Position numbers and translations under genes: made by a program. A stretch of DNA of 64,000 nt from Dehalococcoidales bacterium (GTDB lineage: Bacteria > Chloroflexota > Dehalococcoidia > Dehalococcoidales > RBG-16-60-22): NCBI GenBank assembly GCA_028712355.1, contig JAQTQH010000003.1, positions 2,117 to 66,116 on the forward strand. Reading direction: 5' to 3'. The first letter of the stretch is position 1. The number at the start of each line of letters is the position of its first letter. The notes under the pieces are model-generated. The model was not told the DNA's origin. It saw only the letters and a list, made by a program, of their open reading frames with translations, and searched no databases. Below, piece by piece: positions 1-9,223 of the stretch.

Positions 1-666
1 CAGGGCAAAGTATTGCGGTGTAATTTCCAGCCACGGGTCAACGGGTTGAACCGCGCCATAAACTCCTGCCTTAGCGCGGCTGGTAATCTCCAGCGTGGCT
101 TCGGCGGTAGCATGAGCGATGACCCGCCGTGAGATGCTGGCGGGCGCAAGGGAAGCACGCGGCACCGTGAAAAAAATATGCAGTGTGATTACCAGCAGAT
201 AACTGGCGAAGATGATGGCGGTCGCCAGCAGGACGCGGACATCCAGAAGGATGGCAATCACAATCGTAACGAGTATCGTGGAAAGCAAAGTGCGGTACAT
301 GGTAGTTACCCTTCGTCCCTTGATCGCGGAGGGAATAGGATGGAGCCGGGTGGCGTACTGCCTGAGGTAATAATCAAGGAGATAAACCACCGGCAGTACG
401 GAAATTGCCGTAGAAAGTTCAATGGCGGTCGCCGGGAGATTGGTGATTTGCCCGATGGGTGTCACCAGCGCGGGCGGCAATAAAAAAATAACACCGATAG
501 CGGCAATGATATTAAAGCGCGGCGGGGCAACCGGGCGCAAGGTCAGGAAAAGCATGCCCACCAGCAGGACGAGGGACAGTATCAGGTAGGGCGGTGCTGA
601 AAGGATAGCCGTAACGAGTAATAGCAAAAAAACGTAAAGTTGACATAACCGTGGAAGCCTGCGCAT
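1..666 (-). CDS. DUF58-like membrane protein (partial; continues beyond window start)
   Basis: Absent from the ORF track because no stop lies in the window. ATG at 666-664, 4 nt after the MoxR stop, opens a frame that stays open to base 1 (MRRLPRLCQLYVFLLLLVTAIL...EITPQYFAL). Two hydrophobic helices. The slot directly after moxR is classically DUF58. Confidence 0.45.
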   Translation of the reverse strand, partial: MRRLPRLCQLYVFLLLLVTAILSAPPYLILSLVLLVGMLFLTLRPVAPPRFNIIAAIGVIFLLPPALVTPIGQITNLPATAIELSTAISVLPVVYLLDYYLRQYATRLHPIPSAIKGRRVTTMYRTLLSTILVTIVIAILLDVRVLLATAIIFASYLLVITLHIFFTVPRASLAPASISRRVIAHATAEATLEITSRAKAGVYGAVQPVDPWLEITPQYFAL

Positions 667-669
667 ATG

Positions 670-1908
670 CTATCTCAAGGAGAGCAGCCCGATGGTAATC
701 ATGATGGTGGCGATGACCAGCGCCAGAATTATCAATATCCAGTCTCGTTCTGTGAGATTACCGGCGGGACCTCTTGATTCAGGGATGGTTTCGCGAGCAG
801 TGGTGGGTATAGTATTCGGCGGGGCGGTGGATGCGGTTGGGGGCGCGGCGGTTTCTGCCTTTTCGCTGGTTGCGGCCGTACTATCCGGCGGGTTGTTTTC
901 CTCAACGGCGTCCGGGTATGGTTCGGGCAATGTGGCGGCGGTTGTTTCAGCCTCAGCCGTGATGCCTTCCTTGGGGACGGCGGTCTCCCGGAGTATTTTC
1001 TTGATGATGGCTTCTATCGTGATGTTGTCCATCTCGGCTTCGCTGCTGAGACGCAGGCGGTGGGCAAGGACGGGTATCGCCAGGGTTTTAATATCATCCG
1101 GGATGACGAAATCTCTGCCGTTGAGGAAAGCCCGAGCGCGGGCGCTCTTGAGCAGGGCGATGCTGGCGCGGGGACCGGGGGCGTGGCTGATATCCGGGTT
1201 GTGCCGGAGCTTATCTATGATATCGAGGATATAGCGGCGCACGTTGTCGGCGGTGTGGACTTTTTTGACTTCCTGCTGGAGCTGGATGATGTCCTCCGGA
1301 GTGGCAACGGCGGATATATGCGAGGTTGAAATGGCGTCGATTTCGCGGAGTATGCAGTCTTCTTCTTCAATGCTGGGCAAAGGGCTCCACACGCGGAACA
1401 TGAAGCGGTCGGCCTGTACATCGCTGAGCGGGGAGGTGCCCACGCCGCCGTAGGGAATCTGGCTGGCAATCAAGATGAAAGGCTGTTCCAGGTGGTGCGT
1501 TTCACGTTCGATGGTGACCTGCTGTTCCTGCATTGCCTCCAGCAGAGCGGACTGGGTGCGGGGAGTGGTGCGGTTAAGCTCGTCGGCGAGCACCACGTTG
1601 GCAAAGATGGGGCCGGGCATGAAGGTGGCGCTGCCATCAGGGCGGTAAAGATAGAAGCCCAGAATATCGGCGGGGAGCATATCCGGAGTGCCCTGTACCC
1701 GCTTGAAGGTGCCGCCGATTGCGTTGGCGAAGGTGCGGGCAACGGTTGTCTTGGCGGTACCGGGCAGACCTTCGATGAGCACATGACCCTGACTCAACAG
1801 CGCGATGAGTAAGATATCTTTGATATCGCTCTTGCCGATAACGACCTTTGATACCTCGGCAATAATGTCGCTGACGAGATGGTGTTGTCTTGTTGAGTCT
1901 GTGGTCAC
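670..1908 (-). CDS. MoxR-family AAA+ ATPase with extra C-terminal low-complexity tail and TM anchor
   Basis: Walker A GLPGTAKT, Walker B VLADELNR, MoxR-like core of ~320 aa. The last ~90 aa are Ala/Thr/Pro/Glu-rich and end in hydrophobic WILIILALVIATIMITIGLL. Confidence 0.9.
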   Translation of the reverse strand: MTTDSTRQHHLVSDIIAEVSKVVIGKSDIKDILLIALLSQGHVLIEGLPGTAKTTVARTFANAIGGTFKRVQGTPDMLPADILGFYLYRPDGSATFMPGPIFANVVLADELNRTTPRTQSALLEAMQEQQVTIERETHHLEQPFILIASQIPYGGVGTSPLSDVQADRFMFRVWSPLPSIEEEDCILREIDAISTSHISAVATPEDIIQLQQEVKKVHTADNVRRYILDIIDKLRHNPDISHAPGPRASIALLKSARARAFLNGRDFVIPDDIKTLAIPVLAHRLRLSSEAEMDNITIEAIIKKILRETAVPKEGITAEAETTAATLPEPYPDAVEENNPPDSTAATSEKAETAAPPTASTAPPNTIPTTARETIPESRGPAGNLTERDWILIILALVIATIMITIGLLSLR

Positions 1909-2810
1909 GATGGGCTCCTTTCCCGGGAAAGCGGCCGGTGGTGCCAGAGCGGGAATAACGTCAGGGCAAACGCCAGCACCATCAATAATAATAGCCCTAA
2001 TGGCTTGGTAAGTAAACTGCGCGTGGCAGCGAGGGTATTTTTCGCCTGGTGCAGGTTGGAGGGCGGCAGGTGCGATTGGTCCAGATATAACCCTGCCGGG
2101 CTGATTCCGGCGAGGTTAGTCAGCAATCGCCGGTTGCCGGGCATCTCAGACATGCTGTTGATGAAAATACTGGCATCGGCAATCAGGATGATTTGCCCCT
2201 TGCCGAGGCTGTGGCGCGAGATTACGGGCATCCGGCCAGTAGCTTCGCCTTCGTCCCAGTTCTGGTTATTGTTGGCATCGAGAAAACTGAACATGGAGGA
2301 TTGCGCGATAATTTCATCGGATGCTATGTCGGCCAGGCTGGTAGCATGATTGAACACCAGTTCTTCTACCTGATGGGTAAGGAAATTATCAGTGAAATGG
2401 ATGATGCGGGGGAACCATTGACTGTTGTAATTTGAAAGCGGGTCGAGCAGCGCCTGCCGGGAGAACCGTGCCTTGAGCCCGAGATATTCCAGCACCCGGT
2501 TTCCGTTGCCGTAATCATCTGCCAGTACCAGAGTGCCGCCGCGCGAAATGAAGCCTTTAACGGATTCCAGTTCTGCGGGCTGGAAATCAGTGTAAGGTAT
2601 CAGAATGATGGTGGCGCCATTCGGGAAGTCGGGTAGCCCGGAAAGGGAGTCCACCGGCTGGATACCGCTTTCCGCGAGCAGGCTGGCGGTGCCGTTCCAG
2701 TAGTCATTTTCGGCGCGGAAGTCTTCGTTTGAGGGGACAAACCAGACCACGACCGCGAGGGTCAGCACCAGAACCAGCGCCAGCAGTAATAAGAACTTAT
2801 GGAGTGCCAT
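1905..2810 (-). CDS. DUF4350-like protein with N-terminal TM/signal
   Basis: ORF 1905..2966 trimmed to the ATG at 2810 (MALHKFLLLLALVLVLTLAVVVW). 4-nt overlap with the moxR start. GGTLVLADDYGNGN segment typical of DUF4350 partners of MoxR/DUF58. Confidence 0.65.
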   Translation of the reverse strand: MALHKFLLLLALVLVLTLAVVVWFVPSNEDFRAENDYWNGTASLLAESGIQPVDSLSGLPDFPNGATIILIPYTDFQPAELESVKGFISRGGTLVLADDYGNGNRVLEYLGLKARFSRQALLDPLSNYNSQWFPRIIHFTDNFLTHQVEELVFNHATSLADIASDEIIAQSSMFSFLDANNNQNWDEGEATGRMPVISRHSLGKGQIILIADASIFINSMSEMPGNRRLLTNLAGISPAGLYLDQSHLPPSNLHQAKNTLAATRSLLTKPLGLLLLMVLAFALTLFPLWHHRPLSRERSPS

Positions 2811-4767
2811 GGTAAAGCTCCTTTTGAACAACGCTGGCGAGCTTCTCCGCACGCACGGCGGCATCTTCATCGAGCTCGCAGGCTGAGTAAAGCGCGGCTT
2901 CGGTAAGGTTGGTAAGCGCGGTAAAAGGCTGGCTGGCTGGCGCGGGTATGGCGGTAGTTGCCCCAAGAAATTCCTGTAAAGTAGTCGGTGGGGACATGAA
3001 GGTGCCCGTACTTGCTTCTATGGCGCGCAGGCTGTTCCGGTAGGCGGCGCATATTCTGCCGGCAAAGCCTGGTTTGACTGCTATTTCCGCAGGGGTAATG
3101 GACAGATGCGCCGGCATGCTTGTCGCGGCGGGGATTATTTGTGGTGCGGATAATCGCCTGGTCCGGCGGGCGCGTAGCAACGGGGCTATAATCAGTACCA
3201 GCAGAAAGAATAGAGTAAGCGGATTAACGGTAAAAACCGGGTGGGTCAGTCTTGTGGAAAGGGGTAAACCACCGGTTGGTTGGACCGTAATTTCAATATC
3301 CTGCCGGTAAAAGATGGAGATCCCGATGCTGGTTGGTAATGAAGCGGTAAAAGTGCCGTCATGGTCGGTGTTGACGATGCTTGCAGAATTCTGCCACTGT
3401 ATCATTACTCCGGCGTCTGGCATTGGCTGGTTTCCATAATAAACTTGACCGCTGATGGATAAAGGCCGGGACAGCACCACCAGAGGAGCTACCTGGATAT
3501 CCACCCGTACCGGCAACTGACGCAGAATTAGTAGTTTCTGCTTAACCGATGTCCCGCCGGAACGGCCGGCGGGCTCGGCGAAGATGGTTAAATAGTGTTC
3601 ATCGGCTGAAATCTGCGGCGGCGTGTTGACCTCGATACTGAAACTTCCGGTGGCGTTCTGGGTAGCGATGGGATATTCATTGTCATCAAGCAGTATTTGA
3701 ATCCCGCGCTCAGAGGTACCGCCGCGCGAGATGATTTGCCCATTGAGGAAAAAGGGAACACCGGGATAGACGTTATCCGGCACAGAAAGGTCAAGACGGG
3801 TGGGATAAAAACTAACGTCGATGGATACCGGAGGGCTTTCGCTCGCGGAAAGGTTGGGATCATTCCCCGGGACAGGCGTAAAATTTGCGCGCAGGACCAG
3901 GGGAGCGGTGAAGTGTTCACGGTCGTTGTAGTACTGGCTCCATTTGCCGGGGATGATGATATCTGTGGTATACGCTCCGTTCGGGTCGGTATCGGCGGTA
4001 GCCAGCGTGATATTATCTGTTATATTATCCGTGATAATGGCTATCCGCCGGTTAGCCAGCGCCCGGCCGTTGCTGCTGAGCAGTCCTGTGACCGTGATAT
4101 TATCGCCGGAAAAGAATGACGCGTCCGGTACCGCCAGAGTAAGCCTGGTAGGAACAAGCTCTGCCTGCTGCTTGAGCTGGCTTTGCAGGAGGGTTTGCTG
4201 CAGAATCCGGAATTCCTCGGTAAGCCTTTTGAGTTGCTGCAGGCTGTTCATCAGGCGGTCATATCGCTCTTTGTATTGGGCGGGGGCGGCATCAGCTGAA
4301 AGTCCGGTCATTCGGGCCATCTGCTGGGTAGCGGCGTCTATTTCCGTGGTCACCATCCCGGCATCCTCCATGAGTACCTCTGCATCAGCCAGCAAGGGTA
4401 TGGCGGCGTCAGAATGTTTCTCCTCAATCAGGCGCGTTGCTTCGGTGAGGGCGGCATCGAGACTGTTGATGACATGGATTAACTGGCGGCATAGTTCGTT
4501 ATACTGGTCGACTAAATAGCGCAAATCGGCAGGAAGCTCCGGTTGTGACATTTCGCCCACCAGGTTACGGGCATTATTATATTCTTTGCGGTTTATGTTG
4601 TAGAAGATATTGCTGTATTGCAGCAGTAGCGCCGCCGTGTCGGTGGTGGCGCTGACGCGAGACGGGTTCTCGTGGGGGACCCGGGACGGTTGCGCCAGAA
4701 CGGGTAGTGTGAGCAAGAGCCCCCCCAGTAACACGGGTATCAGGATGAAAAGAATTACCTTTTTCAT
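2797..4767 (-). CDS. large exported membrane protein with Ig-like/CarboxypepD_reg-like repeats and DUF4129-like C-terminus
   Basis: 656-aa ORF with signal peptide MKKVILFILIPVLLGGLLLTLPVLA and a coiled-coil-like region. Three beta-sandwich-like repeats. A late TM helix (LTLFFLLVLIIAPLL) plus Arg-rich stop-transfer, then a cytoplasmic tail of DUF4129 type. Overlaps the next gene by 14 nt. Confidence 0.6.
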   Translation of the reverse strand: MKKVILFILIPVLLGGLLLTLPVLAQPSRVPHENPSRVSATTDTAALLLQYSNIFYNINRKEYNNARNLVGEMSQPELPADLRYLVDQYNELCRQLIHVINSLDAALTEATRLIEEKHSDAAIPLLADAEVLMEDAGMVTTEIDAATQQMARMTGLSADAAPAQYKERYDRLMNSLQQLKRLTEEFRILQQTLLQSQLKQQAELVPTRLTLAVPDASFFSGDNITVTGLLSSNGRALANRRIAIITDNITDNITLATADTDPNGAYTTDIIIPGKWSQYYNDREHFTAPLVLRANFTPVPGNDPNLSASESPPVSIDVSFYPTRLDLSVPDNVYPGVPFFLNGQIISRGGTSERGIQILLDDNEYPIATQNATGSFSIEVNTPPQISADEHYLTIFAEPAGRSGGTSVKQKLLILRQLPVRVDIQVAPLVVLSRPLSISGQVYYGNQPMPDAGVMIQWQNSASIVNTDHDGTFTASLPTSIGISIFYRQDIEITVQPTGGLPLSTRLTHPVFTVNPLTLFFLLVLIIAPLLRARRTRRLSAPQIIPAATSMPAHLSITPAEIAVKPGFAGRICAAYRNSLRAIEASTGTFMSPPTTLQEFLGATTAIPAPASQPFTALTNLTEAALYSACELDEDAAVRAEKLASVVQKELYHGTP

Positions 4768-4783
4768 GATTGATGAATCGGAG

Positions 4784-5011
4784 TTACGTCAGGATTTTGA
4801 CTATCTGGAGCGATAATGCAACGAGGAAGCCGGCAAAAAGCATGACGCTGATAATGTTAAGGTTGTGCCGGGCTTGGCTGTTAAGGTAGATGAACAACTC
4901 GGTAATGGTCAGGGCGGCGGCAGCATAAACGGTATAGTAAGTCGCCAGCGAGTTTACGTGCATTGCGGTCATGATAACGGTACCGAGCAGCAGCACTGTG
5001 GAAACGGTCAT
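4784..5011 (-). CDS. small two-helix membrane protein (hypothetical)
   Basis: ORF 4784..5173 trimmed to the internal ATG at 5011 so that it no longer overlaps the upstream gene (MTVSTVLLLGTVIMTAM...). Sits 16 nt upstream of the next operon gene. Confidence 0.35.
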   Translation of the reverse strand: MTVSTVLLLGTVIMTAMHVNSLATYYTVYAAAALTITELFIYLNSQARHNLNIISVMLFAGFLVALSLQIVKILT

Positions 5012-5031
5012 TATATAGGTATTGTATATCT

Positions 5032-5775
5032 TCAATCGAGCACCTCGATTATCATGGAGTACTGCTTTTTCCCGAACTCCTCCTGTGTAATGGCAACCGG
5101 CTTGTTCCACGCTTCGGCGGCAAATGAAGCCACTATTGAAGCAAGAGGACAGCCCAGGCAGTGGTGCGACCATGTTGCCCGATTTTCAATACGGGGGTTT
5201 TGGATTGTTACCTCAATGTGGCTATTCTGGCAGATAACACTGGCGCTATCGGCAACTCCGAGCTTGCCTCTGAACAGATTGGTCAGTGACATTTCCAGTT
5301 CGCCGGGAGTCGGTCCGGGCATGGTCTCGACCAGTTCAATCGCATTACTGCCGACGGTCGAAAGGAGCAGGCCGATGTCATCGGGCGCGGTGCCGTAGCG
5401 GGTAATCAATCTCTGCGGGAGGGCTTTAAGGATATTCGGCTTGCCAGGACCGGAGTGCAGAGGGATAAGGGCGCGCGGCTTGGTATCATTTGTCAGTGAA
5501 GAAGGGAGGTAGATGGCCTTGGTTTTGATGCCGAGTTCTTCCACGATAGTGGCGATATTATCAATGCCGGTCTCGAGCAGGAGTTGGCAGACTTCGGGAG
5601 ACAGGCGGGGTACGGTGTTGCCCAGCGCCAGCATGATGAACGCCAGTATCAGCAGGCATACGCTCAGGGCTACCAGCCAGGTCAGGTTCAGGACGAAATA
5701 GGCGGGTATCAGCAGGATAGCTCCGGTAACGAGCAGGCACAATCCGCCCCAAATGTAAGGATTCTTATTATGCAC
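5032..5775 (-). CDS. hypothetical membrane protein (two N-terminal TM helices plus soluble domain)
   Basis: 247-aa ORF, first gene of the same-strand cluster that ends in MoxR/DUF58. No motif I can assign. Confidence 0.55.
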   Translation of the reverse strand: MHNKNPYIWGGLCLLVTGAILLIPAYFVLNLTWLVALSVCLLILAFIMLALGNTVPRLSPEVCQLLLETGIDNIATIVEELGIKTKAIYLPSSLTNDTKPRALIPLHSGPGKPNILKALPQRLITRYGTAPDDIGLLLSTVGSNAIELVETMPGPTPGELEMSLTNLFRGKLGVADSASVICQNSHIEVTIQNPRIENRATWSHHCLGCPLASIVASFAAEAWNKPVAITQEEFGKKQYSMIIEVLD

Positions 5776-5904
5776 TATTCCCTCCGGGCAATTGCCCCCA
5801 AGCGTATAACAGTATATCTCAGGATGTAGGAAAAGTCTATCAGCGGGGCGGGTTTTGCCGGTAGTACTGCTTCCTTAATAGCTGTCTGAGGTTTACTTTA
5901 TTTC

Positions 5905-5957
5905 CCAAAAAGAATTGCTCCAGCCGGAGTAGCGAAGGCGAGTCCGACTGGAGCAAT
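5905..5957 (-). terminator. rho-independent terminator after the HTH-PT gene
   Basis: On the minus strand: ATTGCTCCAG, 24-nt loop, CTGGAGCAAT, then TCTTTTT. Lies 23 nt after the stop at 5980. Confidence 0.5.
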
Positions 5958-5979
5958 ATTCGGTTGTTACTTTAGCCGC

Positions 5980-7713
5980 TTATTCCCGGCGGGCCTTTAC
6001 CTGCCAGATGATGATTCCGATGATGGCGATGCCGCCTACTATTGCCACGACTATCCACCAGTTAAATCCGGTGGGCGCCGGAGTTGGCGTGGGCGCTGGG
6101 GTAGTAGGCGTCGGTGTCGGCGTCGGAGTCGGAGTAGGAGTAGGCGTCGGTGTCGGCGTCGGAGTAGGAGTAGGAGTAGGCGTCGGTGTCGGCGTCGGAG
6201 TAGGAGTAGGCGTCGGCGTCGGTGTCGGCGTAGGCGTAGGAGTAGGAGTAGGCGTCGGTGTCGGCGTCGGAGCAGGCGTCGGTGCCGGAGCGATGACCGT
6301 AAAGGCGGTGAAGTGGCTGGTCTTGCCGCTGATCTTGTGCGTCACCGGATCGACCACGATATCAGACAACTCAACCCATGTCCCGGTGGACGCATCGTAG
6401 TAAGCGATAACCAGGTCTTGCGGGTTAACTCCTGCCGGTATCTGCGCCGGGTCATAAGTCAGGGTTATCGTAATCGGCGGGTCGAAAGTAGCCCCTTCCG
6501 GCCCGAGGTCGTAGGTCAAACCAATGACGTTAGCCTGCGCGGGCGGTGCCGGCGGGGTCGTCATCGGCGTCACGGATATTTGACTCAGCCGGTTTCCTTC
6601 TGCCGTCTTGCCGGTAACACCCTGGTCGATGATAACCTCTACTTTCTCATCTTCCGATGTGGCGGTCACCGTCTCAGTGAAGACGCCGTCGGTGGTGGTT
6701 ATATTGACCACGGTCGTAGTGCCGTCAGTGCCGGTCGGTGCGGGTTCTCCCCCGCCAGCTCCGCCAGCATCGTCGCCGCCCCCCGCGGCACTGAGATTGA
6801 AGGCGGTGCTCAGCTGGGTAAACGTATTCCCATCTACGATAAGGTCAATCTTGAGTTTATACTGCCCGGAAGGCCAGTTGGACGGCGATGTCCAGGTAAT
6901 GGTATAGGTTACCGTCGCCGTGGTGCCATAGCTATAACCCATCATGTAGCCGGAGCTATAGGCGCCGCCCTGCCAGTCCCAGGTACCGGCCGCAGGTCCG
7001 CTGTATACCCAGTCAGCACCCGTGCTGGCAGTTACTGACACAGTACCGCCGCCGGTCTGGACACTTGTATAGGTCTTGGTTTCGTTCGCCAGCGGCAAAT
7101 TGGTGCAGTCTGCCTTGTAAGTTGCGGGGTCGGTGACGCTATAGATTTGCAGGTTAGCCGACTGGAGAGGAACATGTTCCCCCACATTCTGGATGGCTAT
7201 CTTCGCACTGAAAGAATGGGAAGAACCCATGCTCCCGGTAGGAAGAGACGGGAAGGTGACTTCCAGGGCTTTCGTCGGCGAGACATACCACAGCGATACG
7301 GCGATGGCTATCACCAGGAAAATCGGGATAGCCACCCGGCTTAGTCCTCGGAAATTTAGTTGCTTGAGCATGTCAACACTCCTTTTCTGCGGCTCGCTGG
7401 CGGCACGGATTTTCTTCTGGGCACGCCCGGAGCGCAGCATTTTTAAAGCCTCCCGGTTCTTCAGCATCTCGGCGATATCCGAGGGAATCTTACCGGCAAG
7501 CGTCATCAATTCATCTTTATCAACGTTTAAAACCCCGGCGAGGTTAGTAATCACCTTTTCACTGGGCGGCGGCAGGACGCCGTTCTCCAGCTTGCTGAGA
7601 TAGGTAAAGTCAATATCCAGCCTCGAAGCCAGCCCGCGCTGGGTGAGCCCCTGCTTGACTCTCAACTCCCTGAGCCGTTTACCGAATTTACTGGCGTTTT
7701 CCATGTTTTCCAT
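5980..7713 (-). CDS. XRE-family HTH membrane protein with extracellular domains, (Pro-Thr)n stalk and C-terminal TM anchor
   Basis: N-terminal HTH ([36 protein letters not shown]). TM helix [18 protein letters not shown]. Beta-rich domains. About 45 PT dipeptides. Terminal [19 protein letters not shown]. Confidence 0.8.
   Translation of the reverse strand: MENMENASKFGKRLRELRVKQGLTQRGLASRLDIDFTYLSKLENGVLPPPSEKVITNLAGVLNVDKDELMTLAGKIPSDIAEMLKNREALKMLRSGRAQKKIRAASEPQKRSVDMLKQLNFRGLSRVAIPIFLVIAIAVSLWYVSPTKALEVTFPSLPTGSMGSSHSFSAKIAIQNVGEHVPLQSANLQIYSVTDPATYKADCTNLPLANETKTYTSVQTGGGTVSVTASTGADWVYSGPAAGTWDWQGGAYSSGYMMGYSYGTTATVTYTITWTSPSNWPSGQYKLKIDLIVDGNTFTQLSTAFNLSAAGGGDDAGGAGGGEPAPTGTDGTTTVVNITTTDGVFTETVTATSEDEKVEVIIDQGVTGKTAEGNRLSQISVTPMTTPPAPPAQANVIGLTYDLGPEGATFDPPITITLTYDPAQIPAGVNPQDLVIAYYDASTGTWVELSDIVVDPVTHKISGKTSHFTAFTVIAPAPTPAPTPTPTPTPTPTPTPTPTPTPTPTPTPTPTPTPTPTPTPTPTPTPTPTPTPTPTPTTPAPTPTPAPTGFNWWIVVAIVGGIAIIGIIIWQVKARRE
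6078..6290. repeat. imperfect tandem GGCGTCGGTGTCGGAGTAGGA-type coding repeat encoding (Pro-Thr)n
   Basis: Directly visible run of ggcgtcgg/ggagtagg units. The plus-strand ORF 6008..6400 reads (GV)n, which is its reverse-complement shadow. Confidence 0.85.
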
Positions 7714-8123
7714 AATTATACCTTACCTAATGTAAACCAATTGTATGCCATGTTGAGTGAAAAGTCAAGTGCCCTTTTGGCTTTTTCAGGTACTTTTGAC
7801 GAAAAATATTTGATGTTGAGTAAAAGCTCAAAAACAGGCATGAAACATATCTGGGGAAATTGCGCAAAAGGTTCGGTCGGGGGGTTGATTAACCGGCAGT
7901 GCAGTTACTTTCCGGTCACCCCGGAATGGTTAATTAGTACGGGTTTAAAACGTAGATTGGCCGCTTTTCCTTAAGTTATAATTAACTTTCGGAGTAAAAT
8001 CGCATGCGTCCGGGAAGGAGCGCATGTTTTTAAAAAGTATATTCGGGATGGGTTGAAATTTATGCTTTGTTTACCTTCATGGTGTTAATCTGGGCGTGAA
8101 AAGTAGAGCGCAGGAGATATACC

Positions 8124-8738
8124 TTGAGTACTTTAAGTAAAGGACGCTTTGGTGAGGAACTCGCCGGGCCTCTGGCAAATGTTGTCGTGGCGCGCCAGAA
8201 ATCGCCCTCGGAGAGAGGTTTTATTTTTCTGCTGGGGCAGGTCAAGAAGCTTTTCGACCTCGGTGCCGGCGATGATATCTACCAGTTTATCGCTTCGGCA
8301 TTACAGGAATTCCTCAATGCCGGCGTCGTGCTGGCCAATGCCTATAACGAGGTGAAAAACACGCTCGACGTGCGGGGAGTGGCCGGGCTGGGCAGTTACA
8401 CGGAAAAGATTTTGCACATGATAGGCAGCAACCCGGCGGAAATATCGACGTTGGTGAGTGAGGCATGCCGCCAGGGGCTGTCCGCCGGGAGGTTGACCAT
8501 CCTCGCCGACGGTGTTTACGAGCTGGCCAATCACACTATGCCGTTGATAGTGTGCCGGAACCTGGAAGAGCTGCTCGGCATCAGGTTTGTTTATGCGATG
8601 GGCTTGACCTGGCATGAGAAGCTGCTGGGCAGCGTGGCTTTTTTGAACCGGGAGGAAATCCGTGATCCCGCCGTAGTCGAGACTTTTTTGAACTATGCGG
8701 CGCTGGCAATCCGCCAGCGTATGGAAAAAGAAAGCTGA
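8124..8738 (+). CDS. GAF-like domain protein (tentative)
   Basis: 204-aa ORF with a TTG start 7 nt after AGGAG (8112-8116). C-terminal half has GAF-like layout (LLGSVAFLNREEI...ETFLNYAALAIRQR). Followed by a terminator. Confidence 0.4.
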   Translation: MSTLSKGRFGEELAGPLANVVVARQKSPSERGFIFLLGQVKKLFDLGAGDDIYQFIASALQEFLNAGVVLANAYNEVKNTLDVRGVAGLGSYTEKILHMIGSNPAEISTLVSEACRQGLSAGRLTILADGVYELANHTMPLIVCRNLEELLGIRFVYAMGLTWHEKLLGSVAFLNREEIRDPAVVETFLNYAALAIRQRMEKES

Positions 8739-8768
8739 CGGTATAATTTAGATTTTTTACAGGGACGA

Positions 8769-8801
8769 AAAGCCTCCGGAAACGGGGGCTTTAGTTTTTT
8801 T
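8769..8801 (+). terminator. rho-independent terminator
   Basis: AAAGCCTCC-GGAAAC-GGGGGCTTT followed by AGTTTTTTT, 30 nt after the stop at 8738. Confidence 0.55.
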
Positions 8802-8836
8802 GCCGGGATGTGTAGCTTTGTCTTCAATTCGGTCTC

Positions 8837-8856
8837 TGTTGGCAATTTGTTAGCAG
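8837..8856 (+). repeat. left copy of 20-bp direct repeat TGTTGGCAATTTGTTAGCAG
   Basis: Matches 12294..12313 at 19 of 20 positions in the same orientation. Lies at the left edge of the lower-GC segment. Confidence 0.6.
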
Positions 8857-9223
8857 GTGAGTTATCAAGTAGCAGCTTTAGGTATTCATAGAATTAACAT
8901 AAATTGTTTTCTCGTCATTTAATACTTACAAGTATATAAACTTTTCCGTGCCCTATAAAAATGCACTGATATCTTCATAATCAGTAACTGGTAAACATCT
9001 AGTGTCGGCAGTCCAGTGGCAAGAGCGGCAGGAAATAATTCCCTTAGTATTGTAACTGTAGCATAATTATATAGTACTATGACGTTGGTACTATGAATAT
9101 AAGGTTGATGTTGCAATTTGATTTAGGCTAGAATTAAAAACACGTATAAAAAATTTATCATCTCATGATATACCGTTGATTGTTATCCTGTAGCCGTTTG
9201 CGGTGCCGGCAAATCCGTGATAT

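Noticed and set aside
178-483. 101-aa plus-strand ORF at the window start.
   Set aside because: It is antisense to the open-ended DUF58-like frame that is translationally linked to moxR. Its composition is Arg/Gly/Gln-rich.
6008-6400. Plus-strand ORF reading (GV)n, and the idea that the regular repeat at 6078-6290 might be a CRISPR-like array.
   Set aside because: It is the reverse-complement shadow of the (Pro-Thr)n coding repeat inside the 5980..7713 gene. The units are 6-12 bp with no spacers, so it is not a CRISPR array.
7741-7974. 77-aa TTG-initiated plus-strand ORF in the divergent intergenic region.
   Set aside because: No RBS and no motif. The region is better explained as promoter/operator DNA carrying the duplicated ATGTTGAGT sites.
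8857-9223. AT-rich ~370-bp non-coding stretch and ORF 8919..9116 (minus) upstream of the histidine kinase.
   Set aside because: The ORF has no motifs and sits in very AT-rich DNA where random ORFs are expected. I could not recognise any RNA family or gene remnant.
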